This document shows positions 1 to 12,060 of a stretch of DNA of 64,000 nucleotides, piece by piece. The position numbers and the translations under genes are program-made. This DNA comes from Phoronis australis (lineage: Eukaryota > Animalia > Phoronida). Below the pieces are notes generated by a model, which ran no database searches, had not been told where the DNA came from, and saw nothing but the letters and a program-made list of their open reading frames with translations. The stretch covers positions 248,001 through 312,000 of the forward strand of contig NMRA01000313.1 in NCBI GenBank assembly GCA_002633005.1, given 5' to 3'. Position 1 is the first letter of the stretch. The number at the start of each line of letters is the position of its first letter.

Positions 1-557
1 TAAATGTATAACAGTTTTGATCATTTAGGTATAGAAAAACGCATATAGGTCTCAATCCGAAAACCGTTTCTTAAATGAGAGTAAACGATTTTAAAGAAAT
101 TGTAAGGACTTTTTCGATTATCAATCTTCCAAACACAGTCGGCAGATATTCTTGTCTTCTAAGATTTTAGTTTACCATTTTGATTTAAATCAACCCCTTC
201 TTCAGTTTCAGAAATGTCCGACAGACCATCCCCGAGTGTTTTTGGTTTTTTTTTTTGAAAACCCTTCCATTGAAATAAGGGCGTTCTTTCTGAAACAAGT
301 TACTTTTTGAATATCGGGCATGGCTGCACGCTATATGAAAGATAACGTAAATGAATGATCCATGAAAGGTGAAAACATGTCTTGCACTGCATTAACTCAA
401 AAACAGCAATTGGCTCGAACACTGGCATTTTCGGAACCAATGTGGCATCTTTTTTGTAGCAAACCAAAAAGTTACAATGCTGCCTAAAAGTTCAAATTGT
501 TGGTTAAAAATGCACTATTGAGTTTAAAGTTTGACTTGTTGAGCACATTTTACTTGA

Positions 558-1157
558 AGAGGCCTGGAACGCGAAAAACTAACTAAATTGCATTATTCAC
601 AGTGATTATCTGCCACTGAAAGAGAAGTCAAACTGCTCACTAGGTATTTTTTTATGATTTTCTCCTAAAGATCTTGAATTTCTGTTGATTTCAAACCATT
701 TTTTAGTTTCAAATTTCAAAAACGATGGCGACTTCAAGCAGCAGTCAGTCGATTAAGAGGCACGTGACGTCTGTTTAAAATTAGTTATTATAGCATCGTG
801 GTATTGAAATAATTTTTAAAATGCACCTGGAATTATTTTTGGAAAATTATTTGCTTCACTGGCTTGCCTCATACTGTGCTGTGGAGATGAGATTCGGAAT
901 GCTATCCCACTTGATAATCCCGTTAATATCCATCTTCTCAGTCAGGTGTTTGTCGAATGGCTGTGAGCGCGGGAGATTGTGGTGACTACAAAGTTTTTCT
1001 TTCTCACGTATTTCAACAATCGTGAACTTTGCGATTTTTTTGGTAAATTCCCTCATAGGGGAAAATGACTAACTCCGTAATACACGTTACGAGATGGTAC
1101 TTTCGCCAGGAATTGTTTAAAAGACATTTTTGACAAGCTTTCGCGTTCAACCCCTCT
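558..1157. mobile_element. Non-autonomous Kolobok-type DNA transposon, family A copy 1
   Basis: Imperfect TIRs AGAGGCCTGGAACGCGAAA ... TTTCGCGTTCAACCCCTCT, flanked by TTGA/TTAA; colinear similarity to 59001-59762. TTAA target with AG..CT ends fits Kolobok. Confidence 0.75.
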
Positions 1158-2775
1158 TTAAAATCACTGAAACCTTTCTAAAATCCGATTGGTTCAAATC
1201 TCTTCACTTGAATGAGCGTTCTTTAGAAACAAGTTGACATGTAAAAATGTATTAATTTGTCTTAAATGAACGATGATGTAGGACATTTTCGGGACGCTTT
1301 TTCAGAGAGCCATTTTTTAAGTTCACAGCAGATGTTTGCATACGCCGTATTTTGTAGCAGATCAAATGCCATGTTCCAACTAAGCTTCTTCGGCTTTTCG
1401 TTGTAGTCTTCCCCAGCACGCTTGTATTTTCCTCCCATCGCTTTGAAATCATTTTACATAACGTGTACATCTAGAGATAATCGACAAAATGGCAGTAGAC
1501 AAGAAGGAGGATGAACAACGAGTCACAAAATTAGTTTAAACAACTGTCAACTCGTCAAATGTCAACCGTGCTATCTCGTGGAAAAAGTCTACAACAACAA
1601 ACTGATGTGAAGTAGAGCTCCATGTATCATGGTAATCGCCACGTGTATCTTCTAATCGTATGTCAAACATGTGAATAGTAAATAGTAACTACTGCCTCGT
1701 TTTTGTATTCTTTACTTGTTTTATGTTGTACACAGTAACTCCTACTGTGTGGTACGGTGGTCCTCAATGAAGTGGATATGCCTTCGAGGATCTCCAACTG
1801 TGTTTTTTATTGTATTTCACGAATTGTTAAATAAGGTAATAAAGTAAACGTATTATCTCTCAAAATATTTAATTTGCACTTTCCTAAAAAGTTGATGTTT
1901 CTGGGCAGTTTCCAAGAAAGCTTTGTTTTGATTGGTCATTTCAAAGCGGTTATCGAAAGCTGAAAGATGCATTAAAAATTGAACCAATTTGATTCTGAAA
2001 AACCATTGGTTATTTTAAAGCGGGATTGGACCCGCCTTTGGACATCGCAAAATAACTTTTGTTTAGACCGTTTTCCGTCATAAAATAAGTCCAATTTTGT
2101 TATTTACTCAGATGAGGAATGATTCCATGGCAATGGAAGAACTGGCAGTTCGGTAGTAATCAAAACCATGCTTGTCGTACAAAATGACACACCGTGACAA
2201 GCCAACTTGTTGAGTCTGATCTCATGTATTAACAAACTTTCAGTTCTTCCGCAACCCACGAAACCCTAAATCTTGCAAGGAACAAGTTGATACCAGATTT
2301 AAATTAAAAGTTATTTTTGACGGAATGCGGGCTTCTTCATTAGTTGACGGAGACAAATAGTTTACCAAGAGTATAAATTTTCAAACAGTTCTTAATTTTC
2401 TCAATTCAATCTGTGGAATTGCGTACAATTCCAACTTAAAAAGAAACGTAAGTGCTTACGCTGGATGCAGACTGCACATGAACTCGTACAGGCACAGTAG
2501 GCGGAGGAGCATTAAGCGAGCTTACGTAGTCGACAAGAATCTTCACTTCCTTCCGCAAGACACAAGTACACTGTTTAAATGATGGAGAGCATACATGTAA
2601 GTTCCAGTCATGTGTTTTTAAAATGATTCCCGCATAGATGCACGCATCTCGTTCCGGATAGCTATCGTTCGTACATGCAAAGGCTTTGCTTTTGTCTCCT
2701 GGGATTCCCGGAGCGACCATACACATGTACTGGCCTTGGTAACTGAAAGTGAAAAAGCTGTGACATGCTAGTTAT

Positions 2776-2822
2776 ACACCTGAGTGAAGCAATAAACACC
2801 TGAGTGAAGCAATAAACACCTG
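2776..2822. repeat. 20-bp tandem repeat (ACACCTGAGTGAAGCAATAA) x~2.3
   Basis: Direct repeat visible in the sequence. Confidence 0.9.
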
Positions 2823-2900
2823 TCACATATTTTCAAGACTAGACACAATTTCTAATAAAATATGAATAGTGTGTAATTTCAGCGCGGTATATAACATTCT

Positions 2901-3612
2901 TTATACCACTATATTAGCCTCGAAAGGCAGATACAACCGTGTAATAACCCATAAAGTTATCTCACTAGTGAGATAACATTTTGGCGGGAAACCGAGGCCG
3001 GATTCGAACCCGGGCCTCAAGCGTTTCGAGTGGCCGACTTTACCACTACACCACTCAGCGGCTGACGTCATCGAACGTGAACATAGAATACTTAAATGAG
3101 CACGCGCACCAATCGCATGTTCAGAAAAGGGCATTGCACCGACATGTATACGCTATGAAAAATAAAACGCATAATTTCCATAAAAACGATATTTTAATTC
3201 AGTGAAAATTTTCTCTCGTGTTCTCTCACTTGTAAATCACCGATCTCCAATTTGAATGCGGGTATCGTGTCGTCAGGATCCTTTGACTTGAGCATTATAC
3301 TCAGTTACTATTGGTAACCTACTTTAGCAGACGATATTTTCCCGGTCGAAGCTTAGCGTGGGAAAATGTGTAGTAAGCTATAATAGTTGCTAAACCTTGA
3401 TTTATATATTCACTTTCTTTCTATTTTGTTTAAAATTTTCAATTGGTTTTGAGTATAAGCTTTATTTGACGAAAATAGCTCGGCTTTTCTTAAAATGTCA
3501 CGACCTCCGACCCCGGGACTCTGACATAGAAAGTAGTTACAAAGCCGAGGCGAGTCGAGAAAGGTAGTAAGATCGATTCATTGCAATGTTTCTCGTTCAG
3601 TATGTGGTATAA
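2901..3612. mobile_element. Crypton-like/MITE-like non-autonomous element carrying a tRNA-like cassette
   Basis: Inverted ends TTATACCAC...GTGGTATAA; perfect 22-bp palindrome GTTATCTCACTAGTGAGATAAC at 2956-2977; GCCGAGGCGAGTCGAG motif near the right end. Crypton assignment is from recalled terminal motifs only. Confidence 0.45.
2991..3059 (-). pseudogene. tRNA-derived sequence (Pol III A and B boxes), not a functional tRNA
   Basis: Minus strand reads GCTGAG TGGTGTAGTGG (A box) ... ACTCGAAA ... GGTTCGAATCC (B box) ... CTCGGT; the anticodon stem does not pair. Confidence 0.7.
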
Positions 3613-3616
3613 ATAG

Positions 3617-3732
3617 ATTATTACATGTTCTCAGTCGTTATCCCCCTTATCTAGAGCCCTCGTGGATTTTGTAGAATTATCACCCTCGGGGCTAGCGCCC
3701 CTCGGTCGGTAATTCTCCAAAATCCACTCCGT
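3617..3732. repeat. Dispersed repeat end with hairpin (second copy 40588-40660), Crypton-like
   Basis: ATTATTAYATGTTCTCAGTCGTTATCC...CTAGAGCCC..GTGGATTTTG shared with 40588-40660; hairpin GTGGATTTTGTAGAATTA...TAATTCTCCAAAATCCAC. Confidence 0.65.
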
Positions 3733-4949
3733 TCAGTTTTCTATCATAATTTAGGAGAGATTCAATTTTCTGATCAACGATCGCCCACTTGCCAGTTTGT
3801 GTTATTTTTGGGACATTGGTTCTCGAGCATGGGTTCCTACGCTCAGCCCTATCTACGAATTCTGACGTTCGTACTTGTATGTAACTTTGTATACTGTACG
3901 GCATTCGCCGTGAGCGTGTAGGCAGTGATACGAATGTCGCGTACATGTACGTGTACGACATCTCCCTTGTCGCACGAAAGTTGGAAAAAGGTTAGACAAG
4001 CTCTATTGTGAACATTTTACTCGAAATGTCGCGTCGAAACACTTGTCTGCACACTACTACAATTAGTCGTTTACGACGATCGTTACCGAAACCTTAAATG
4101 ACTATTCAGAGTGTGTAGACAGATCTTTACTCTGTCCGTTCGCTGATTTGTGATGTGATAGTAAAAGGGAGTTTGAAGCTCCTTGCAATGCACAGAATAT
4201 CAGAATAAATGCCCGAAGAGTGTTTCGACGACATTCACAAATGTATGCGACTTGCTGCGTGTAGTTTTATAGGTTGCAAGGCAAAAAAATTCCCGACAAA
4301 TTTCCACATAGTTGGCTAGTTTAATACGCAACTTATAAGAAGGCTCATCGCCAGCGAGTGAGTAACTTGTTACCTAAAACAAACAAATAAAATCATAAAC
4401 AGGCGTTGGTTTAGTGGTCACCCTACTCTTTATCAGTGATCTTTGATCTTTGACCTTAGAAATGACCTGTCGTTCACAGTTTATTGTACACCGGTTACAT
4501 TGTACCTAAGAGTAGACCTATAGCTTCACTGCGACGCCTTTGAACTTCGAATTAAAACTGTCGTCATAAGCTTTGCGGGAGTCATTTTCCGGCTTAAAAA
4601 CAAAATTAAAACTAAGACTACGCACCCTTTCATTCATTCTACAGAAAAATGATTGCGAAAACACTGTATCCAGCAGTTCCAAAAACCACGCCCTGCTTTA
4701 TTACACGATTATAACAAATAAGTGATATGGCTCTCAAGATTACCGTGATATGCCCTATCTTGAAAAAAGGTTGTAAGCGGTGACAGGTTCCCGAGAGAAC
4801 ACCCAGGCCGTTAGCAAATCTGAACATTGAGTCTAACTACCAGCCGTTTCGTTGATACGAATGACTGGTAGCAAAGCATAGTTCGAGGTTCCTAACATTT
4901 TTTGGATTTCTCTGTTTCAATTTTCGTGCTCCGAAAGCGAACACCTTAA

Positions 4950-6215
4950 AGGCGAAGGTAACCTTTTTTCATGTCAGTTTTAGCAAAAATAAGGTCCGTT
5001 GATTATGCCAGGCATATTTTTCACTTATTTACAGCTTTTCGTAATTTAATTAATTTCTCGTCCTCTACTCCGGAAGTGACGTTTTAGAAGGCAAGAATTT
5101 CGCGCCAATTTCTTTTCATACAGTCTGACTGTGAGAGCTGTCAAGTCAGTCATTGTTTTACCTCGGATGTGATAAGTTCGGTCTTCGTTTGCTTTTGTTT
5201 ACGAGTTAGTCAGCATGCCGCACTGTTGCTATGTACCACGATGTACTCATTATCGTCTCAAGCGCGCTTTGGGTACCCTGCATCGCTTTCCGAAGGATGA
5301 CACACTTCGCCGTACTTGGCTAGCTCGTTCGTGTGAAGAACGCAGCGCTACCCGTTCACGCAACGTACAAAGCAGTGGCAAGCATTTTCAGCCGTCAGAT
5401 TACGACAGAGATATCTAAGCTGAATTGATAAAGGTCCCTGCGAAACAACGCCTGAAGAAGGGTTCCATACCGTCGCTGTTGATTCCCGGCAGTGCCCCGT
5501 CGCCACCCCCGAGAAGAGCGTTTTTGAAACGAGAAGCCTCGCGAGCTGTGGCCACTATAAACAGTGACTGGAGGCACTTCATCTACTGTCACCCATGCCT
5601 CCGAACGTACACCATAGCGTGCAATTCCAGGAACTAGCACTGATTCCCCGTGTGCTGTTGTCTCTAGCCCAGAGCCTGAAAGCAGCCCTGCAGCGATGTT
5701 GAGTAATGGGAGTGAATACAGGCCCAGTTTGGCACCAAGTGAAAAGGACAGTTCGTCATCCAATGAACAGATCAGTGAGCCTAAGTTTGATAAGTTTATT
5801 GTGGACTTGTATTGGAGCTATTTAGTGTGTCACGAGGGAGTCGCACGGCGAGATGTAAGCAGTTTGGGTGCTCAAGTCACCATCCACTGGAAGTGTGTCA
5901 CGGACACTCGGGCAAGTGAGACGATACTGAGTACTTCTCGGTAGGCAGCAACAGCGTGGCATGTTGACCGTGACTCGTAAACCGAACTTATCACAACCGA
6001 GGTAGAACAATGACAATGACTCGACTGCTCTCACAGTCAGACTGTATGAAAAGAAATTGGCGCGAAATTCTTGCCTCCCAAAACGTCACTTCCGGAGTAG
6101 ACGACGAGTAATTATTTAAATTACGAAAAGCTGTAAATAAGTGAAAAATATGTCTGGGATAATCAACGAACCCTATTTTTGCTAAAAATGACATCCAAAA
6201 AGGTTGCCTTCACCT
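4950..6215 (+). mobile_element. Internally deleted Kolobok-type transposon, family B copy 1, with ~310-bp inverted arms
   Basis: TTAA on both sides (4946-4949, 6216-6219); arms 4950-5259 and 5918-6215 are reverse complements; internal THAP and transposase remnants. Confidence 0.85.
5215..5917 (+). pseudogene. THAP zinc finger plus N-terminal part of a Kolobok-type transposase (stops/frameshifts, DDE core missing)
   Basis: MPHCCYVPRC...LHRFPKD...W...KHF...RLKKGSIPSL is a THAP signature; downstream EPKF..KFIV...LGAQVTIHWKC(frameshift)GHSGK resembles the Kolobok transposase N-terminal region. Confidence 0.75.
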
Positions 6216-7091
6216 TTAAAGTTGCCGAAAACCTTGTTTCACTGTCATTTTCATTGGCTTTGAATTGTTTGGAAGTGAAACCTGAGGCACGATTTTGCAG
6301 CGTTCTTGGATTTTCTCATTCGATTGGTAATGTGTCAGACTTTTCTGACGACACCAACTAATCTTTTGCGATTATTGGTGGAGACCTTGGGAATTTTTTG
6401 TACTCAGATCAAAGATCATGATTCGGTTCAGTTTGTAAGATACGAATACTTGAAATAATTTAAACTTTAACCGTCTTATTAAGCAAACTGGATTACAGCA
6501 ACTGTAAGATCTAAGTACAGTATGTTTGCCTTCCCAATTTACGAGTTTGCACATCCTATCTTCATGATCTAGCAATTCCTTTGATCTCAGCTCCCCAATA
6601 ACATTCCACGAGGGTCTTTAGAAAAATATCCCAAGTTCAAAAGACGTAGCTTGTAGGTAAAATGGCTAATGTATGCATAGATGAAACATCAAAAAATTTT
6701 TAATGAAAGGTTTCATGCTTAAAATATTGTAAAGCTGCCTTCTGCTGAAATAGGCCTACCACTATAAAACTGATCGCAGCGTGTTCTTTATCTGATTCCT
6801 GAGCTAAGAAAGAAGTGCTCCTCACGTAGAATGACCACGGGTCAAATCTAGGTCATGAGTTTATTGTTCAACAATAACGAGTTGTCATTTTTCCAAGACC
6901 TGAGTAAGGAACAATCCGCGACAAGTTTTATAGGGGTAAGTGGCTTACCTGAAAAGTTACTTTTTACAGACGGCAAGTGTATAGCAGCTTTAATTTTTTT
7001 ATTGTTTAAGGAAATTTATGGTCCGTAGCTTTAACTTTTCATTCGCGTGTTTTAAGGTCATGCACGGGGAGAGTGATTTTGCTAAAATCCA

Positions 7092-7524
7092 GTGCCTGGT
7101 TGCGTGAAACAGTCCCAAATAAGGACTCGACAAAGTTCCCTAAAATACTTGCATATTTGTGGGCTTGTGAAAACACACATTCCCCTTTCTTATGCTCGTT
7201 GGGTCCCATTACTAAGTCACTTTTTGGTTTTGATACAAATCGAGAGTGAACTCAACGATGAATTCTCAGCATTATTGAAAATAAGTAGGGATACTTTCAT
7301 GCAAAGCCCCAAATTTAAGTACTAAGTCCCTAATAATTTTGGTTGAATCAAGGGTTCAGTTTTTAGTTATATTATCAGAAAATGTCACCAGTCTAAGAGG
7401 AGTTCCTAATAAAGATAAGATGATAAAAAAATGTTACATTTTTGAGTAAGTGACGAAACAAATACGCAAAAGTTTCAGAGAACGTAATTGAGTCCCTATT
7501 TGTTACCGTTTCGTGCAACCGGCA
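7092..7524. mobile_element. MITE with imperfect TIRs (PIF/Harbinger-like)
   Basis: GTGCCTGGTTGCGTGAAACAGTCCCAAATAAGGACTC versus right-end reverse complement GTGCCGGTTGCACGAAACGGTAACAAATAGGGACTC. Superfamily tentative. Confidence 0.65.
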
Positions 7525-7689
7525 CAGGACAACAGGTACCGATAAGTAACGTCTCAATCAAAATGTCGTCTTCGCTAGAATACGAAATGCCAGCAAATGT
7601 ACGTGAAAAGTACACAGAGCTTTAAAGTGTTATTGAAGGCTGTACAAAAGATGGATTTTTGAATACATGATGTATTTTTGTGTAACCAG

Positions 7690-8393
7690 GTGCGACACAT
7701 TTCACCAGTTCACCATCAAACTCATCTACAAATGAGACACAACAACCAGCTATAAGTAAAATGCAGTCTGAATCAACTGCAACTGGAGTTCCTGCACCAT
7801 CGCCAACTGCATCGTCTGAATCAACTACAACTAGATTTCCTATTCCATCGCGAATTACATCGCCTGAATCAATTACAACTGGAGTTCCTGCACCATCGCC
7901 AACTACATCGTCTGAATCAACTTCAACTAGATTTCCTATTCCATCGCGAATTACATCGCCTGAATCAACTACAACTGGAGCTCCTGCACCATCGCCAACT
8001 ACATCGTCTGAATCAACTACAACTGGAGCTCCTGCACCATCGCCAACTACATCGTCTGAATCAACTACAACTAGATTTCCTATTCCACCGCGAATTACAT
8101 CGTCTGAATCAATTACAACTGGAGCTCCTGTACCATCGCCAACTACATCGTCTGAATCAACTACAACTGGAGCTCCTGTACCATCGCCAACTACATCGTC
8201 TAAATCAACTACAACTGGAGCTCCTACACCATCGCCAACAGGTGATGTACAAACTGAGGAAGCAACCTCTCTTCCTTCTCAGACTAGCACAGAGACAACT
8301 CCATCAGCTGTCACTACGTCCACGACGACACTTTCTCCCGAAGTATCTAAGAATACAGTCGAAGTTAGCTTGGTCGACATTAAAAATGCACAG
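7690..8393 (+). CDS. Mucin-like type I membrane protein, exon A (S/T/P-rich mucin domain; upstream signal-peptide exon not located)
   Basis: Acceptor tgtaaccAG|, donor CAG|GTATTT; open frame ATHFTSSPSNSSTNETQ...VEVSLVDIKNAQ; phase 1 to 0. Confidence 0.85.
7767..8240 (+). repeat. Coding minisatellite, 10 x 48 bp (16 aa)
   Basis: Two unit types, SESTTTGAPAPSPTTS (A) and SESTTTRFPIPSRITS (B), in the order A-B-A-B-A-A-B-A-A-A. Confidence 0.95.
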
Positions 8394-9583
8394 GTATTTT
8401 TTGATCCAGGCTAGTGTGTATGTGGTTAAAGCAAGGCTTGAATTGATATGACAGAGCTGAAGCAGCATAAACTCACTTTCTTTCAAACTGATTTTTTATT
8501 TAGACCGCAAACCCCTTGGAAATTGGTCTCAACTTCTTCCTAACTCAGATGAGAAGTGTTTTGTTCTTGAAAAGAAATGACAGTTCTTAGGAGCTTGCGA
8601 TAGGTCATCTGCTCGAGACCATACTTGGTGAATAAAATGACACGTTTTGACAAGTTAGCTTGTTTCATGCAACAAGAAACTGTCAACTTTATCCAAGCTC
8701 AGAAATTTCATTTGCTTTTGAGCAAAGAACAATTTTAGACCAGTTTCTTAATGGTAATTAAGTTGTCTTGATCAATGGCTGTTTTTGTCACTGAAAAAGG
8801 GTTTGTAACCGTTTTAATTTTAAAGAATTGGATAACATGCGCGCACCCAGGCGACCGGGCTCCGGGGGCTCGAACGAGCGCCCCCTCCCCCATTTGGCGA
8901 AGTGAGCAAAAAGGTCCGCCTCTAAGAAACAAAAAAAAACCGAGAAAATGTGACAAAACTCCCCTAACAAGCACAAACGCGCAATTCACAGTGGTGGCCT
9001 TTTTTTAGTCTGCCTGCCTTTTTGTTACTAAAAGGTCCAAAACGGCAAGAATTCGAGCCTCTCCCTTATATTGAACTCAAGGCTGATTGTGAACATACAA
9101 TTTGTAATATAAGACTGCATAGCATACATGTAACACCGGTGTGATTTCAAAGATCTTTTCAAAAACTTTTAGTTAGTCCATGCTCGAGAGAACACCTAAC
9201 AAGCTCAGGAAGCACACCGGGATCACGATCACAACCGGGTCGAGACTATATATAATAGGCTACCCCGTCCTTGCCAAGTTTCACTAAATGTACACAAGTT
9301 TAATACTTTATGCTTGGAAGTTTCACCTTATTAGCAGATGTTCACAGTAATGAACCGTTGGAGTAGTGAATCTTGGGTGTAATGACATGTAACCCCTGCC
9401 AAAATCTACCCTGTCTGAAAATAATGTTAGTCGAAAACGGTAAACGTTTAATTCTTTAAGTGTATTTGGTCAATACACACACGACATCAAACAAAAGTGC
9501 TTTAATTAGTTAATCACAAAATCACAAAGTCCAAAGAATGCCCTCAAAAGAATAAATCACATGTACGTACTTTATGTTTCAAG

Positions 9584-9675
9584 TTTGCGGAGGCTGAATT
9601 TAAAACAGCCGTGGCCAAGTATGCGGAAACTTACTGTCAGCAAGAGAAGGGTCGCTGTGGAAGCAATAATGTGAG
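9584..9675 (+). CDS. Mucin-like membrane protein, exon B
   Basis: tatgtttcaAG| FAEAEFKTAVAKYAETYCQQEKGRCGSNNV |GTAAGT; 92 nt, phase 0 to 2, bridging exons A and C exactly. Confidence 0.8.
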
Positions 9676-9691
9676 GTAAGTAGCAAGGTTT

Positions 9692-9733
9692 TTGTATTGT
9701 ATTGTATTGTATTGTATTGTATTGTATTGTATT
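9692..9733. repeat. (TATTG)n microsatellite
   Basis: About 8 perfect pentamer units. Confidence 0.95.
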
Positions 9734-10142
9734 CTGTTGTAATTTTGATGTGAAACGTGATCCCAACAGATCGAATTGGCCTTTTTAGTAGACATGGATA
9801 CGTTACATTTGCAGTGAATTGTGGGCAATAGGTCACTCGCGGCAGATAAGGACAAATACATAAAATAGTAGGTGTTCACTTGCTTTCAAATTTTCCTCCA
9901 TAAATAAAGTTTACTATGATTAATATTATCATGAAGTTGCATCAAAAATGCCTCAACTATTTATATGCAAATTGAGGCCAAGTTGCTAACATCTTATTCC
10001 CAAACGTAGGACTAAAACAATGCCAGAGATGCCCTAAAAATGCAATCAGCAAACACAATCTGGGGCATGTTCACCGTTGTCTAGCACTTCAGAGAATGTT
10101 GGTGAATATTCGAACTATACACACACTGCACTGCAACAATAT

Positions 10143-10266
10143 ACTCGCTGGTCACACTTCTTCGTGACACAACACTTGAAGGCAATATCTTCTATCCACG
10201 ATTCCTCTTGCTGGTCATGGTACCTCGTGACGCAACACGTATAGGCAGTATCTTACTACCCACGAT
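10143..10266. repeat. Imperfect ~60-bp tandem duplication
   Basis: GCTGGTCA..CGTGACRCAACAC..AGGCARTATCTT..CCACGAT occurs twice. Confidence 0.7.
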
Positions 10267-11389
10267 GCAAGTGAGAAACTCTTAGTTAACTTCCTGTCCG
10301 TTAACCCTTGCCCTTGCCAAGATCCTCTTTAGAATCTTCCGCGAGATGGCTCCGTTGTACAATTTTTTCTGTACACTGTAGTGCGTCTTTTAGCTTTGAA
10401 TAGCTCATCTGAATATCCACTTAATTCCAGCCCAAATTATAATCTACTTATTTAGCGATTGGCTAATAAAATCCACATGATCTTATCTAATCATATCATT
10501 GGCTGTTACGATTTGCTCTCAGAAATTTCTAGAATATCTGGAATGCTTTGACCCCAGAACCAAAGTAGTAAACACCATCTGAAAATAGATTTAGACATTA
10601 AAATACATGTCACCAAATTTGATCCCATGATTTAAAAGTACATACGCACAAATTTTTGGCAACTTAAAATGGATCTACCTGTGCTGATTACTCAATCAAT
10701 ATTTAACCTGACGCAGCAGCTATGCTATCGGTCGTTTTAAATGTTTGGTGTTTTCTTGTGGTGACGTAACATGGCACCATGCTCTACTCTATTTGTCATT
10801 TGAAATGCTGGCGTTCGAGGGTTTGAATCGTGTGTTCTTGTGTTGCATAAGTATTGCTCGTACTATCTGGATAGTCCAGTACAATAAAAATATTAACCTG
10901 ATCGAGAAAGACTTTAACATCTTACATCGTGTTTTATGGAAGGATTTTGCCCGTAAAAAGTGTGCAATATTCTTAAACAGTATTATGGCATATTATTCAG
11001 TTCTAAACAACGTGTTGTGAATGGTAATAATAATGAATGTACACATTCTGTCCTAAAAATGAAATAGACGACTCATCATCGTAAAACTAGTCTTACTACG
11101 ATTAGAAGGGACCTCTTTGCTTTGGGAGACCTGGCAGTTCGTCATTCCGTGAGACCATGCTCAGCGCATCTTAGTTCGCAGGCTTAAGTCAAAGTATTGA
11201 CCCTGGTTCCAGAACTGTCCGTTCTCTCCAAGACCAAATCTCTTTTAATCTGACTAAGGACCAATTTGAAATGGGACAAGTGGTCCAAGTCGAATTTTTC
11301 AGAGAAGATGAGATCATTGCAGCTGTAAATGTTACTGTAATCATTATGTTGACGCTTGCACTTAATTGTTAGATGCCCGTATATTTTAG

Positions 11390-11528
11390 TCCCGATGATG
11401 TCCAGATCCTCAGTTACAACACCACCAGTGGCATTCTCAAGTTGTATATTAGTGGTCTCACCAGAGAGCAAGTCATCCAAGTGATAGATGCAAACGCTGA
11501 GCAACTTAAGTCTGAACTCGGATATCAG
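11390..11528 (+). CDS. Mucin-like membrane protein, exon C (SEA-like juxtamembrane domain)
   Basis: atattttAG| (S)PDDVQILSYNTTSGILKLYISGLTREQVIQVIDANAEQLKSELGYQ |GTAGGG; phase 2 to 0. Confidence 0.8.
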
Positions 11529-11707
11529 GTAGGGAGGTTTATTTACAACGGCGACTTCTGTGCACACCTGAGTGGTGATCCCTGTATTATACGGGGAATT
11601 GGTCGTATTAGACCCGTTTATATGATGGTGTTAACACCCGTGTGTATACATATAGTTACACCTGAGTGTATATTTACGTACAACTGCACGGTGAGTATTT
11701 TGCCATA

Positions 11708-11790
11708 TAGGCGGATCCAGGATTTAGAGTTAGGGAGGGCCAGGGCTGAGTATTGACCAGGATTTCGCCCGTCAGACATTCGCACCNGGG
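11708..11790 (+). repeat. hAT-like GC-rich terminal fragment (family also at 41085-41172 on - and 51805-51900 on +)
   Basis: GGCGGATCCAGGATTT.GAG...AGTATT..CCAG...ATTYGCAC shared among three loci. Confidence 0.65.
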
Positions 11791-11832
11791 TGTACATGTA
11801 TAGTTACACCACCTCCAGAGGTCGTGAAAGTA

Positions 11833-12060
11833 AATAGTCCTTTTGCGAGTTTATAACAATATCGCGAGATTATGTGAGACTTAACTGTGACGTCACGGGA
11901 AGTGGGGCAAAAGCTTGTCGTTTGGCCATTTGCCCAATACGGTAGCAGAGTGCATTCTGTTATTTTCTTCGAATTTTTAGCCGTTTAGTTCGAAAAATGC
12001 CAAACAAGCATTGCTGTTATGGCAAATGAAATTCAGATTCGCACTACAATGCGTTCTATC
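11833..12060 (+). pseudogene. 5' end of a THAP-encoding DNA transposon relic
   Basis: ATG at 11997 gives MPNKHCCYGK*NSDSHY (THAP-like N-terminus with a stop at the second Cys position), preceded by CpG-rich promoter-like sequence with TGACGTCA. Confidence 0.5.

Noticed and set aside
2991-3059. Functional tRNA (Ser-CGA-like loop)
   Set aside because: Anticodon stem does not pair and there is no long variable arm.
1-7689. Signal-peptide exon of the mucin-like gene
   Set aside because: Candidates near 3255, 4246 and 7500 lack a convincing hydrophobic leader with a phase-1 donor; the exon may lie outside the window.
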